Below are positions 27,901 through 41,580 of a DNA stretch of 64,000 nucleotides, piece after piece (positions within the stretch are counted from its first letter, which is position 1; the number at the start of each line of letters is the position of its first letter). The notes under the pieces were generated by a model that had not been told where the DNA came from, did no database searches, and saw only the letters and a program-made list of their open reading frames with translations. Position numbers and translations under genes: made by a program. This DNA is from the human T2T-CHM13v2.0 reference genome, Homo sapiens: the NCBI RefSeq assembly GCF_009914755.1, contig NC_060929.1; one strand, 5' to 3'.

Positions 27901-30734
27901 AAAACATGGAGATTTATGAGGACAATATGGTGCTATCCTGGTAAAAAGCTGACATTTAAATTGTTCTCATTTTATATCTTTGTAATGAAATTCTTTGTTT
28001 CCTCTGCAGCCATTTTTGAGTATTTACTAACATTCAGAGAGCTCTCTCCTGCATGCAAAATTTCGAGCTTTATGATGTCAGGCTGGGCTGTGTGACACAT
28101 GAACATGAGGCTGTTCTGCAGCTCCTGGGGGAGTTCTTACCCCAGGAATAATGAAGGACAAGGTTTCCAGCCACCCCGTTCCTGCCTCTCCCTCCAAGAG
28201 GAGGGTTTAAAAAAATCACCAAAGCTTCATATTTTAATGAGTTTTCTTTGCAATTTGTATATAATAGATTTTCAATAACAACCTGTAATTAGTTCATTTT
28301 CTGCTATTCAATTGCTCTGCACGGAGGCCATTGACAACTTCCAGCTGGGATCTTTAAAAATGGAAAGTGCTGGAAGACTCAGCTCCAGACAATGACTAGA
28401 AAGTGCCCGGTCCCACCATGCAGCTGTTAGAAGTAAACGATTGAGATGGGAAAGGGGCAGTCTGGGTTTGAAACTTCCAAGTGTGGGAGAAGAAGGAACT
28501 GGTGCAGGGTGCACTGGCCAGCAATCATCAGTTCTGGTTCAGAATTGAGCCCTCTGTGGTGTAATGGGGGACAGAGATTGTTCCACCCAGAACCCCAGTG
28601 CACAGATGGGGGCCCCATTCCTGCCACCCCTGTTCCTCATGCAGATGAGTCACTCATCAGACACTTGCCAAGGGGCTCCTGACAACTTTTCCTGCACAGC
28701 AGGGGCAGGTGGAGGCAGATGCATGCACTCAGCTGTGTTTCTGTCTTTATATAGCAAGGGAGAGCCAAAAAGGACAGAGTCCAGACCCCAGAACATCAGG
28801 AGGTCTTAGATAACAGCTTTAGGTCCTAGGAGGTCTTAAATAACAGCTCTGGTTGCATGTCTGTCCCAACAGTCATCACCGGAGGCCTTCAAAGGCCAAG
28901 TCCAGCTCTCCAGCTGATACTCAGTCCCCTCTCCAGCGGCTTGCAGGCTGGCATACCTGCAGTGATGGGGACTCACCACTCACTGGGCAACTCTGGAGAG
29001 GCTGGGGAGGGTCCCCCTCACAGCCGAGCTAAGCTGGCCTTCTCCAAGCCCTGGCCTCTGAGTCTGAGTTCTGCCTCCGGGGCCCTAACTGTGGTGGCGG
29101 CCTTTCTACCCTGGGTATTGCCTCCTCCCTCAGTCAAGCCCCTTGTCCCTTGGGATCACATGCTCCCCTCACCTGCCTGGGACACCTTTTTCCTCACCCT
29201 CTGCCTAGTTATCTCTAGCTCGGCGTTCAGGTATCCACTCCGATGTCCCTTCCTGACCTCTTGGGACAGTTGGTCCTCCTGCACCCAGGACGCTCTCTCT
29301 CAGCTCCTACTTTGTTTATTGGGTCATCTTTCTGCCTCTCTACCCGCTGCCTCTCTACCCAGGTGGCAAGCTCCCCATGGGCAGGGCCTGCTGTGGTCTT
29401 GCTCACAGCTGAGTCTCTGCCCAGTGCTTCCCCAAGAGTGAGCTCTGTGTGCGTTTGCTGACCTAACACCACCTCATCTTTCATGGTTCTCCTCCTCTTA
29501 TGCTTCCCAACCTCAATTCCTCACCCTTTCCCTGTGCTGCTCTCCCTGCCCTGGTCAGGTTCCTCTGAAAGGCTCAGGTTGGTGGCCTGCCTCTTCCATG
29601 CCACTCCACGCCAAGTGTACAGATGGGAGATGAGACCGGGCCTGTCCCTCCCTGCCCAGGAGCTCACCCTGCTTTCAGAGAGCCTCAGCCTACGGTAGCT
29701 TCAGGGCGGACCTGCTGGCCTTCCCACGGTGGTCTTCCTTCCGCATTTGTCCTCACCTGCAGTGGGGAGCTTGGGTATTTGTGGCTGACGGTTTTGCTCC
29801 AGAGGCCTGCCTTGCCAGCCTGCCAGGGCCCAGCATGGAAATACAAACCCATATTCTATGCCTATAAATTATTTAGAAGGTATGCAGATTTGCACAGCCA
29901 GCAAAGCTGACCTCCAGGTGAGGTGGCAGGAGTTGGGCCGGGTGGGGCTGCTGGTCTTGGGCTGCTGAAGCCAGGTTCTGCTGCATCACGAGGGATGTGG
30001 CTGTAGGCCAGCAGGCACGCAGGGCTGAGGAGCGGGCTAAGCGAGAGCCCTCCTCTGCATACGTGGCTGCCGGAGGTAAAGGTAATTACGCAGCCTGCCA
30101 GCCGACCAGAGCACTTACTCTGAGGAGGGTTGAATGGCCAGTTAGCGGCCCTCTGGTCAGGATGAGAGCTTTCTAGTGTGAGTTACTTTCATCTTCAATA
30201 AGGCATCATTAGCCCATGTGAGAAGCAGGGGCTTCCCTCACACCCAGTTGCTCATCCAGTGATTAGGGATGTCCAGGCTGGGGATGTCCAGCTGGCCTGC
30301 TCCAGCCAGGCTGATGCTTCTCTACCAAGGGCTCCAGCTGTGGGGCCCCAACAAGGCACTTCCTCTGCCCCTGTTTTCTCAAGGCCCCCTGGAGGCATGC
30401 AGAGACCCTCTGGGATCGCTGGCCACAGCTGCATGTCTGGACTCCTCTCCTTGCCCGATGTATTTCTCCATGTCCTTCATGCCCTCAATGAGCAACTCTG
30501 ACCAAGGCCTTCCTGGGTGCCATACCCCATGCTGAGCAGGAGTGCAGGATGGGTGAAGCAGCCTCTATCCTCAGGGAGCCTGTGGTCCCTGAGGGGGAAG
30601 GACAACAATGGCATGGCACAGGGTGATGGGGCACACACAGAAATCTTCATCATTACCCTCACCGCCGCCATCATTGACCTGGTTAATGTTTGCCTAATAT
30701 TTACTATAGGCAAAGTCTCATGCTACTAATCACT

Positions 30735-30925
30735 TTACATTAAGTAGCTCCTTTAGTCCTGAATAACTCTGTGCACGGTTGTTATTCCCATTTTACAGAT
30801 GGGAAAATTAAAGCCCAGTTTAACCTCTGGTAGGGAACTGTCCAAAGTCACACAGTTAGTCAGTCGCAGAATAAAGATTCAAAACCAGGTCTAGCTTGGA
30901 CTCTGGAGTCCACACTCTTAATAAT
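30735..30925 (-). mobile_element. MIR SINE
   Basis: ttattcccattttacagatgggaaaattaaagccca..tccaaagtcacacagttagt..gattcaaaaccaggtct. Confidence 0.75.
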
Positions 30926-31336
30926 CAGGCCACAGCCTTGTTAACCCAGGGCTGTGGGCACACAGAGGAAGGTGTGTGGGGCTTGGTGGAGGAAAGAGAA
31001 ATTGAGAAAGACCTCCTGGAGGAGAAGACCATTGAGTTGGGGCTTGAAGTTTAGGGAAATCACTGTGAGGACAGTGAGATTCTCTTCAACGGAGAATGCA
31101 GATGTGTTGCAAAGTTTGTTTAAATGCATGAGAAAGTTCTAGAATCAGACACGCCCACTAAATCCTGACTCTGCTACCTGCTGACTATGTGATCTTGGGT
31201 TAGCTACTTCTCTGAGTTTCAGTTTCTTCATCTGTGAAACTGGACATAGTGTACAGTGCTGACACATGTTAAATGCTGGGTATCACTTTATACAACTGGA
31301 GTACTAAGAGCCTATTACTAACTACGGCGATATTGA

Positions 31337-31814
<478 letters not shown>

Positions 31815-34715
31815 TTGTCTGCCAATTTTCAATTCCTCCCTTGGCCACTCCAGCTTTAACTGTTTTGTGCCCTTGAGAAAATGAGGGACCAAGGGCAGTG
31901 AATCAGTTCTTCGGCCACTTTATTTGCAAATCCTGTGTGGGAAAACCAGTGTCTTCCTTTGGGGTAGGGGGAGTCACTGGCACCCATGGTCTTGGCTTCA
32001 GCCAAAACTGAAACCAGCCCATAGGCATTGCTTGCTCTCCAAATTCAAGAGCCAAGTAAATTCAGATAAAATTTTTGATGAACCCCATGCTATTTAAAAT
32101 CTTGTTACTTACTATCCAAAACTCAGGAATGAAATGGAGTAGAACAAAGCAGTATCCTTGCCATCTAAGCTCCTTGTCTGAACTCACCCTACCTAGATAA
32201 AGAGCCAGATAGATCTGGGTAGTGAGGATGCTTGCGGTTGCTTATTTTACCATCCTGCTCAACACAAGGTGGGTGTGAGGATTGGCTGAGATAGCATGTG
32301 TGGAAGTCTGGTATGGGGCCAGGCACTATTAGTTCCAAAGGATAGTGGTGTGGTAAACGAAACTGCACCATCCCTTCACTTTGCAACAGAGATGGTGAAA
32401 AAACAGATGTAAATTCACCAGGTGACCATATCATCTGTTTCATAGAGTTGCCCTGGCTGTAGTGGTAGTGCTGTAGATGAAAACACTGTTTTCCTTTCTG
32501 CTTGCCTGGAGCTTACACATGTCAGAGGTGAGGAAGGGTGTCTGGCTCCCCTACATTCAGCACCCCAGGTCCTCCTGACACCCTGCCTGTGTGGTCACCG
32601 GACCTTCACACGTGAAGCCCTTTATCTGCTAGCTGCTCAAAACCTTCCCATGCATCCAACACATTCGTGGGCTTTGATCTCATAGGAGTAATTAAAAGGA
32701 CAACTATTTTCTAAAAAGCAGAAGAAACTTGCAATGAATTTGAAGTGAGAAAAATCCTTGTTTTAGCAACGTGTTTTCCCCTGATCCCAACCTGAGCACT
32801 CAGAACAGTGCAAAAACCATGCATCATCAAGAAGCTTTTTAGATGAGCAACTTTGAGGTTAATTTACTGTGATGAACAGACAGGGCCAGCACACACCTTG
32901 CTTATGGTGACCCTGGAGCCTGGGTCTCTGCCATGGCAGGGACAGGTGGCACTACTCCTTGTTGGGGTGGTGGGGGGTGGCGTGGGGAAGGAGAGGCAGA
33001 GGGCACTGCTGGAGAAGGACACTGAGCCTTTAGTTCCTAGATCAGCCTGTGGTTTGGGAAGCCAAAACAATGCAAAGAGAACGTTTAGTTGACAAAAGGA
33101 GGAAGTGGGGGCACCCTCATATTTCATTCCTGTCCCTGTACAGAGAGAGGCAATTGGGAGCCTTGGCTCCATCTGACAATCAGAAAGAGACTTAACTGAC
33201 TCCCATGACTAGGCACTGCCTGCCACCCTGGAGGAGAGTCACCTGTTCCTCAGAGCCAGGAAGGGGGTACAGCCCCATCACGAACCAGCTCAGCACAGAC
33301 ATCCACCAGCTGTGGGACTCCTAGCATCACCCTCCACCAGCTGCAGACTGTGGCAAGCATGGCCCAGCCAGGGCCAGGCCAGCTGCATGGGAAGACATGA
33401 TTCAGGAGACCACCCCCACAAACCTCAAAAACTGATAAATACAACTTCCTTCTCTGGGTACAACAGCCCCAAACCCATCATCCTTTAGTAAAGCGATTGA
33501 CTCCGCATCGGTAGGCTACTGAGCTGGAGTCACCCCACAGACCTCACCCTGCCTTATACCCAAGGACGCCAGCAAAATAGAGACTAGAAAATAAAATGCT
33601 AATGCCTCAACCTCTGCCAGCCCATCAGCTCTAGTTTTTAAAATTAAATCCAGAATGTTGTTGCTGAAATGTTTGAGATATTACTTTCTGGGTTTTAGTG
33701 AGATTTCTTTAATGCCCATCGATTGCTGGGTAATAACTTGTACCTATATGTCTCATTTCAATTACCTATTTAAAATTCGCTGAACCATAAATCTATTACC
33801 AGAGCTATGGGAATTTAGTTTAGAGTTCCTGTGACTTTGAAAAACCATTGATCCCCATATGCTCCAAGTGGCTGCATGTCAAGCCTTTATAGTGGGGGTT
33901 AACTCATTTTGCGGCTTCCTTAATGGCTGTGAGTTTACGTTTTATTGCATATCTATTATTTGGGCTGGGCTGTGATGAATGGTTTGGCTGTCTGGTTCAA
34001 AACAAGTCCAAGGCGACAGCAGAATCTAATTTGCTTTAAAAATGATGATTATAAAGCTTTCCAAATAATAATCCAGGAACGAAGGGAGCTGACACCACAT
34101 TGCTCTGTATGAGACATGTGGCTGGAGGTCAGGTAATGACGTCCTTCCCTTTCCAGGGTAGCTCATGTTTACAATGACCTTACTAGGGAAGCTGGAGAGG
34201 CCTTCTCTTTCATCATAGGCAATAGGGATGCTTCCATTTCCTTGAGAGCAAAGCCAAGAGCATGCTGTTTGGCCCCAGACCCACTCATGGGAACTGTGCT
34301 CATAAAGCAGAGGCTGCTATGGTACCAGGCACCAAGATGGTGCCCAAGCAGTGCTATAATCTGCTTGATGACGGCATCTGGGACATTAAGTAATGATGCC
34401 TGGTATGCCCCACAAATCCCTGAAGTCCAGTCTTGGCCTCTGGCTCTAAAAATGCACTGAGCTTTTCCTTCATAACTCCTTTGGCAGAGGGGTCTAGGCT
34501 CAGAGAGTGTTTTTGGGAATGTCTTGGAACTATCCCCAGAGAACATGTTGCTGCTTTCCTGACTCAGAGAGCTGCTGTTCCTGTAACCTGCCCTAGCTGC
34601 TCGAGCCTACTGTTGTTCATGTTCCATGGAATCATCAAGGAGTCTCAGTGAGCGGAGGTGGGTGGGGAAGATATTGCCAGAAGTGGACTCCGAGGGCAGG
34701 AGAGAGGGTCTTGTC

Positions 34716-34940
34716 CAGTGACATGCAGGTCAATGTATAACAACCGGCTCCCTAGAGAAGAAAAAATGTCCCCCCTTCCCCTTTTTGGTAGCATATGTGT
34801 GGTGTGAATTTCTATGATGTAAATATTCTCAACGTGGCCAATTTAAAGCGACCAAGTGTCTAACTGTTTGCTTGTAAAATTCCTGAAAATTTAACAATGA
34901 GCTCTCATGAACCAGGTGTGGGGAGTTGTGGATACTTCCA
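34716..34940. mobile_element. Arthur1/MER69-like hAT-Tip100 DNA transposon relic
   Basis: cagtgacatgcaggtcaatgtataacaaccggctcc...aaaattcctgaaaatttaacaatgagctctcatgaacc resembles Arthur1 termini. Confidence 0.6.
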
Positions 34941-36233
34941 CACATTCCAAATGCATTTCTGGAAATAATCTCTTTGGCCCACAAGACAAACACCTCCGCA
35001 GCAGGATAAGCCTACCAGTCACTCTCACCTTATTATGAACCAACATAGGCAGGTATGAGTTTGACTAGTGGGCGGGGAGGAGGATGACGGGGACCCTGCA
35101 CAGTCACAGTAAATCAAGCAAAGCTCTGGAACCTGGGGTGGACTTTGGTACTAAGGATGATATGAACTGGAAAGGCCCCTGCAACCACGTCAAGCTCATG
35201 GACACTGCCCATAGGGAAGAATCATGCTTGCTTCTCTCCTCTTATGTCATCCAAGTACCTCTCTATTTGCCACAAGAGCCCTTCTTGCCAACAAATCACA
35301 AGGATCCCTCTTCAGGCCTTGTGAAGGTGTGGAATAGCAACAGCCCAAAGAGATGTCACTCTGAAGCAGGAATACTTTGCTGGAAAACGGGAGTCCAGGT
35401 AAAGGCTGGGGTTGAGGGAGGATACCAGGCTCTGTGGCTCAGGGTACTCAGTGCCCCTGGGGGTGGGGTGGGCTTGCACCCACCTCTTGAATGCCAGGGC
35501 TTGCACTTAGGAACTGTGAGCTGGCAGGTCACACCCAAGGGTATATGCATTGCCCACTTTAAGCAGAGCTTGAACATCTTCTAATGTAAGGGGCTTCATC
35601 TCTTTTGGGCCAAGGATGTCCCCTCTAGTCTCCAGCGTGGGCCCAGCACTGCCCTTTCCTCTCCTCTCTGCTGACCCCTGCCTGGAGCTACGAATGGCTC
35701 TTGTATCTTGCATTTCTTGTAAGTCCTGTCCCAGCACCACCTCTGGTTAATGTAATCTCTTGGAAGATCACCTCAAGTAAAAGATACAGGTCCTGAAGGC
35801 ATCCCATCCACTTGCATATGCATGAGGCACTCTTTGGAGGGGCACTCAGAGTACCTCCTCTGTTTTCAAACAGCACCCACTTTCCCTTCTTCTCCAGGGA
35901 TCCCCTGCCTCTCTTCACATTGGACCCTCACTCTCCATTGTCCTTGGGTAGTCACTGCTCCCTGCCGCTGCATGGCCAAGCCTCCAGGCCCTCCTGCAGG
36001 GTGTTTTTCTCCAGGTAGGGCTCCCCACATGGCCAGGCCCTAGCCTGAGGATAGCCCTAAAATCTGCTTCCTTCTCCTTCAGTCATAGAACCCCCAAAGG
36101 GTGTTCACAGTGCCCTCACAGCTATGCTTCAATTACAGTCCTGGGCCCCTCAAAGAGCGAGAAAAATCTTTATTAAAAAGGAACAGGGCAAGCCCTCTCT
36201 GGCCCCATCCACTCTCCGTTTAGTCTTTTCTTA

Positions 36234-36665
<432 letters not shown>

Positions 36666-38569
36666 TCATTTTATGGATGAGAAAACTGGGGTTCAGAGAG
36701 GGGAAGTGGCTTCCCCAGGTTCACACAGTGCTTGGGGCAGACTCTAGACTAGAGCTCAGGTGTGTCTTTTCCTTGTCTAGGCAGACAGACCCAGACAGTC
36801 TAAGATGGGAATCCTTGAGGCCACCTGCTCTACTGCTGTGTGCTATAGATGGGGAGACAGGAGAGAAAAGACCCCATCGGATAAACCCAGCAAACAGTGG
36901 CTGAACTCAGTGTGGGGACAGAGGTCTGCCAGCTTCCAGCTGCATAGAGCTGGAGGTCACTGCTGCATCATGCACCCACCCATCAGCCCTTACCCATGGC
37001 AGGCAGTGCTGCCTGGACACAGCACACTCCCAGACCCCTCCGTTCTATCCACCTAGACCTGAGCTTCCCCCCTGCCTGCCTTGTCCTGCCCAGGACACAG
37101 ATGTCCACCCTTGTGACTCTGGCACGGAGGCTACAGACATAGGCTCTCGTAAACTCCTCTCTGGTTGTGGTCTGAGCCATAGGACACAGAGGCTGCCCAG
37201 CATGATCAGCCACACGTCCCAAGGTAACTAAGGGTAGAAATTCTAGGCACCCTCACTCAGCTGGAGCTACAGCCAGAAGCCAGTGTGCTCGGAACTGAAG
37301 GTCTTGCAGGGAAAATGCTCAGAAGGAAATCTCAGAAGAAAGAAAATGATTTTATTTTATTTTGGTGTGGGGGGAGGGGGGCAGAGGCATTTTCTCTTTA
37401 TTTAACATTCTCAGCTTGGTCTGCTGTATTAAAGGCAATTTAATGTGATAATGTTAAAAAAATGACCCTTCACCAAGCAAGTAAGAGTGTTCGATAAAAG
37501 GGAGATCAACCATAATGCCTGAGATCAATCTTCCAAAGATGGAAATTTCCCTTTGTCTATTTCTGCATTGGAAATTGATTAACTTTTTATAGGACTGACA
37601 AGTTCTTCCCCAGCACCTTTGATTCAGTGTCAAGGAAAGGCCCACTTTAGCCGGGCTCTGCTTGGCAGATTTATGAAATGGACTTTAACTATATTAAATT
37701 TTAAAGAGGAAATCATTGTCCAATTACCACGCTTGTTAATGGCTTCAGGTGCCTCAGGCCACATATCTGCCAGGTTAGAATGAAGTGCCTGGTAAGGCTC
37801 TGTTTACCTGGAGCCATGTGGGCCTGGATACCAAGAGCTCATAGCAGCTTCTGTTCAAGACAAGCTGATGCCACCTGCCCTTGGTGCTCCCTGCTCGGTA
37901 GTTTGAGGAATTGCCAGGTGGTTCTTCCTGCAAGTAGCTGTAACTATCAGGACCTGGGATTTTCCCAGAGCAGCCTGAGTCACCTGCAGGTCCCTGGCCC
38001 TGCCCCTCAGGGTCTTAGCCAGAGCTGGGGCCTAGTGCTGATGGAGGTGGTGACATGCTGGCAGGGCGGTTGCCCCGGGGGCCATGGGCAGCAAGCCTCC
38101 TGGGATGCAGGCCTTGAATGGGCTTGCGCGAGCCACTCAGGTATGAGTGAACAGAGCAGAGTCATCTGAGATTCCCAACGTGCTTCCTGAAAGCAGGCTC
38201 AGGACTGGCTGGGACGGAGGGCCTATGTTCCAAAGCTTCTGGTGGCTACTCCTTACTAGGGTTCTGGAGGTACTTGTTGTCCCTACAGACCTTGAAGGAA
38301 CCATGTGGTGCCTCTTGGTGGGAGCCATTCTCTCCAGGGAGATTCCAAGTGCCCTGAGGAGAGCAGGTGCATGCAAGTCAGCCTGCCAGGGTTTCATCTC
38401 AGTTCCATCATGTCCCAGGCAGTGAACAACTCAGGCAAGTTGTCTGATTTCTTAGAGCCTCAGTATCCTCATCTGAAAATATCTGTGAAGTGGAATAATA
38501 GTCGTCCCCTCCTTACAGCAGAGGATGGTCGAAAGATTTAAGGAGGAAATAATAATAATAAAAATGATG

Positions 38570-39110
38570 ATGATGGCAACAATACTGATGACCTCTCTAT
38601 TGAAACACACCATGTGGCCAGGCACAGTGGCTCACACCTGTAATCCCAGCACTTTGAGAGGCCAAGGTGGGCGGATCACCTGAGGTCAGGAGTTTGAGAC
38701 CAGCCTGGCAAAATGGTGAAACCATATCTCTACTAAAAATGCAAAAATTAGCTGGGTGTGGTGGTGTAAGCCTGCAATTCCAGCTACTTGGGAGGCTGAG
38801 GCAGAAGAATGGCTTCAGCCTGGGAGGCAGAGGCTGCAACGAGCCAAGATTGCGCTACTGCACTCCAGTCTGGGTGACAGAGCGAGACCATGTCTAAAAA
38901 AGAAACATACCACATGCCAGGTACCACTCTAAGCCATTCACTATCTTAGCTCATTTAACCCTCATGATGACCCTGTGAGGTTCACAGCTGAACACAGAGG
39001 CACAGCGAAACGACATTGTCTCCCAAGGTCCACTAGCTCATACATGCTGGACGCAGCACTTGACCTTAGGCAGTTTGACTCTAAAGTCTGCATTCTTTGC
39101 CACTATCCTA
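38570..39110 (-). mobile_element. MIR SINE split by an Alu insertion
   Basis: tattgaaacacaccatgt-[Alu]-gccaggtaccactctaagc..ctcatttaaccctcatgatgaccctgtgagg..cccaaggtc..tttgactctaaagtctg. Confidence 0.6.
38616..38901 (+). mobile_element. Alu (AluS-type), full length with short tail
   Basis: ggccaggcacagtggctcacacctgtaatcccagc... TSD GAAACACACCATGT (38602-38615) / GAAACATACCACAT (38902-38915). The two copies are consistent with opposite CpG decay of an ancestral CACGT. Confidence 0.93.
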
Positions 39111-40094
39111 CATAACAACGAACTCTTCTGTGTTTATTAATCATAGGTCAAGGGCCTAGCTCAATGTCAAGCACATGGCTCAATGAATGTTAGGGCACTC
39201 CCCACCCCACTTCTTCCCAATGACCGGGCCACAGCCTTGAGAAGGTCCCTGTGCCATGTTTAAGATATCTTTAAATTGGCATCAAAGGTGGGGACCTGTC
39301 TTTATTATCCATCCACTGGGTGGACAGTCTGTGGTCACAAGAAAAAGGCTGCCCACCGCCCCCCACCACCCAACTCAGGGAGGCTGATCTCACTCTCCTT
39401 GCAGATCTTGTACCTGCCTGGTGCAGCTCTAGGGCTACAGACCCTTAGAAACAAACCAGTAAGCAGAAGTAGGAATGCAGGCCCCTCCAGCCCACCCCAG
39501 CTTTTCTACCATCAGGACCCTACAGGCTCCTCCCTGCAACTGGCAGTGGCTGTGGCCCCAGTGAGTGAGGTCACTCTTTCCTTGCTTTCTATGTTGCAGA
39601 CACTAACTACCCCTGCTCCACCTTGTAGCTCGACAAAGGACATGTGTGCTGTGTTGAACACTGCAGTCTCAGGGGAGGGAGGCAAACCTCAGGGTGTAAT
39701 GCAAGTGTTTTCCCAAATGAGAGCAGGGCTTGGTGGGGGTTGACGGGTAGACACAGGGCTTTCTGCAAACAAGCAGTCCGAGGTTTGGGTTCTTGATCTT
39801 TGGATACTAAGGAGCAGTGATGTCCTAAGGTAGAAGACTTGGGGACTTCCAGGTTATAGCTCCAATGGTGTTCAATGGAAACCAAGCACTGCTTCCTTGT
39901 AACTTTTCTGCTGAGTAACTAATCCTACTCAAGGAAGAAAAGATTGATTTCCTAGTCAAAACATCAGAGACCAGGCCCTCTGAAGTGAGTTTTTTGCCAG
40001 ATAGCTGAGAGGGCCTGAAAGCTTGTTTGTAAATAGAGGCTAAAGGTGGCTGGTGGGAAGAACCTGACCTCATTTTGTTTGTGAGATGTTCTCA

Positions 40095-40763
<669 letters not shown>

Positions 40764-41369
40764 TCACTGGTTTTTGCCTTAATCCTACCTTAAAGGCTGC
40801 TTTTGAATACTTGGCCTCCTAGATTAGGGAGTTTTAGTTAACAGGACTAATAAGCCCTGCTTATGTTAATTAGGCACCCTCCCAGAGCTGGATTACTTCA
40901 AAACAAACATATACACAAGTCTATGACCAAGAAACAAAAAGAAGCTTTACAACGTTAAAACCGAAGCACACAGCTCGTTTTATCCCAGGCGCGCTTGCTG
41001 AACAGCATCAGAACCATGCAGTGTTTGGGGAAGTAAAGCCTGGGATGCATTGCAGCATGGCACAGTTTATCTTGCTGGTGACGGGCTTCTAGGATGGACA
41101 TCACGCAGGGCAACGCCCATACACTGGGATTGCAGGAGTGTCAGCGGAGAGGGCAGCCCCTCCAGCCCCACTTCCCGACTCCCTGGGGGATGAGTACTTC
41201 CAGCGCCTGGCTTTGCTGAATCCTGGAGAATACGCATGGGCTCCTCACTGACCATTCCAGGTTGAAGGCCAATGGGTTGCTGGAGCCTGGGGCTCTTCTC
41301 CTTAATTCCAAGGCCAGTTTAGGGCCTGAGATAATATCCCAGAGTTGGAGAGTCAATAGAAAGAAGTGT

Positions 41370-41580
41370 TAGAGAGCATGAGCTCTGAGGTCCCCTGGGT
41401 TTGAGCTCTAGCTCTGCTGCCATCAGGCATGTAGCCTTGGGCAGGGTGCCTCAGTGATCTCATCTGTGAAGCAGAGATACCAGTGCCTCCCACAAGGGGT
41501 TGTTACGAGGATTAAGTAAGATGTGCACATACAGGCCTTTGCACCAGCATGGCACCCAGTAAGGGCTCATAACATGATAG
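41370..41580 (+). mobile_element. MIR SINE
   Basis: agagcatgagctctgagg..cctgggtttgagctctagctctgc..ccttgggcag..ctcatctgtgaa..ggttgttacgaggattaa..ggcacccagtaagggctca. Confidence 0.75.

Noticed and set aside
29990-30160. Possible CpG island or CTCF site (TGACCAGAGGGCCGC on the minus strand)
   Set aside because: The CpG enrichment is short and modest, and the CTCF match has several core mismatches. Cannot be supported without a PWM scan or ChIP data.
30266-30295. 15-bp tandem repeat GGGATGTCCAG(G)CTG
   Set aside because: Ordinary slippage duplication, too short to imply function.
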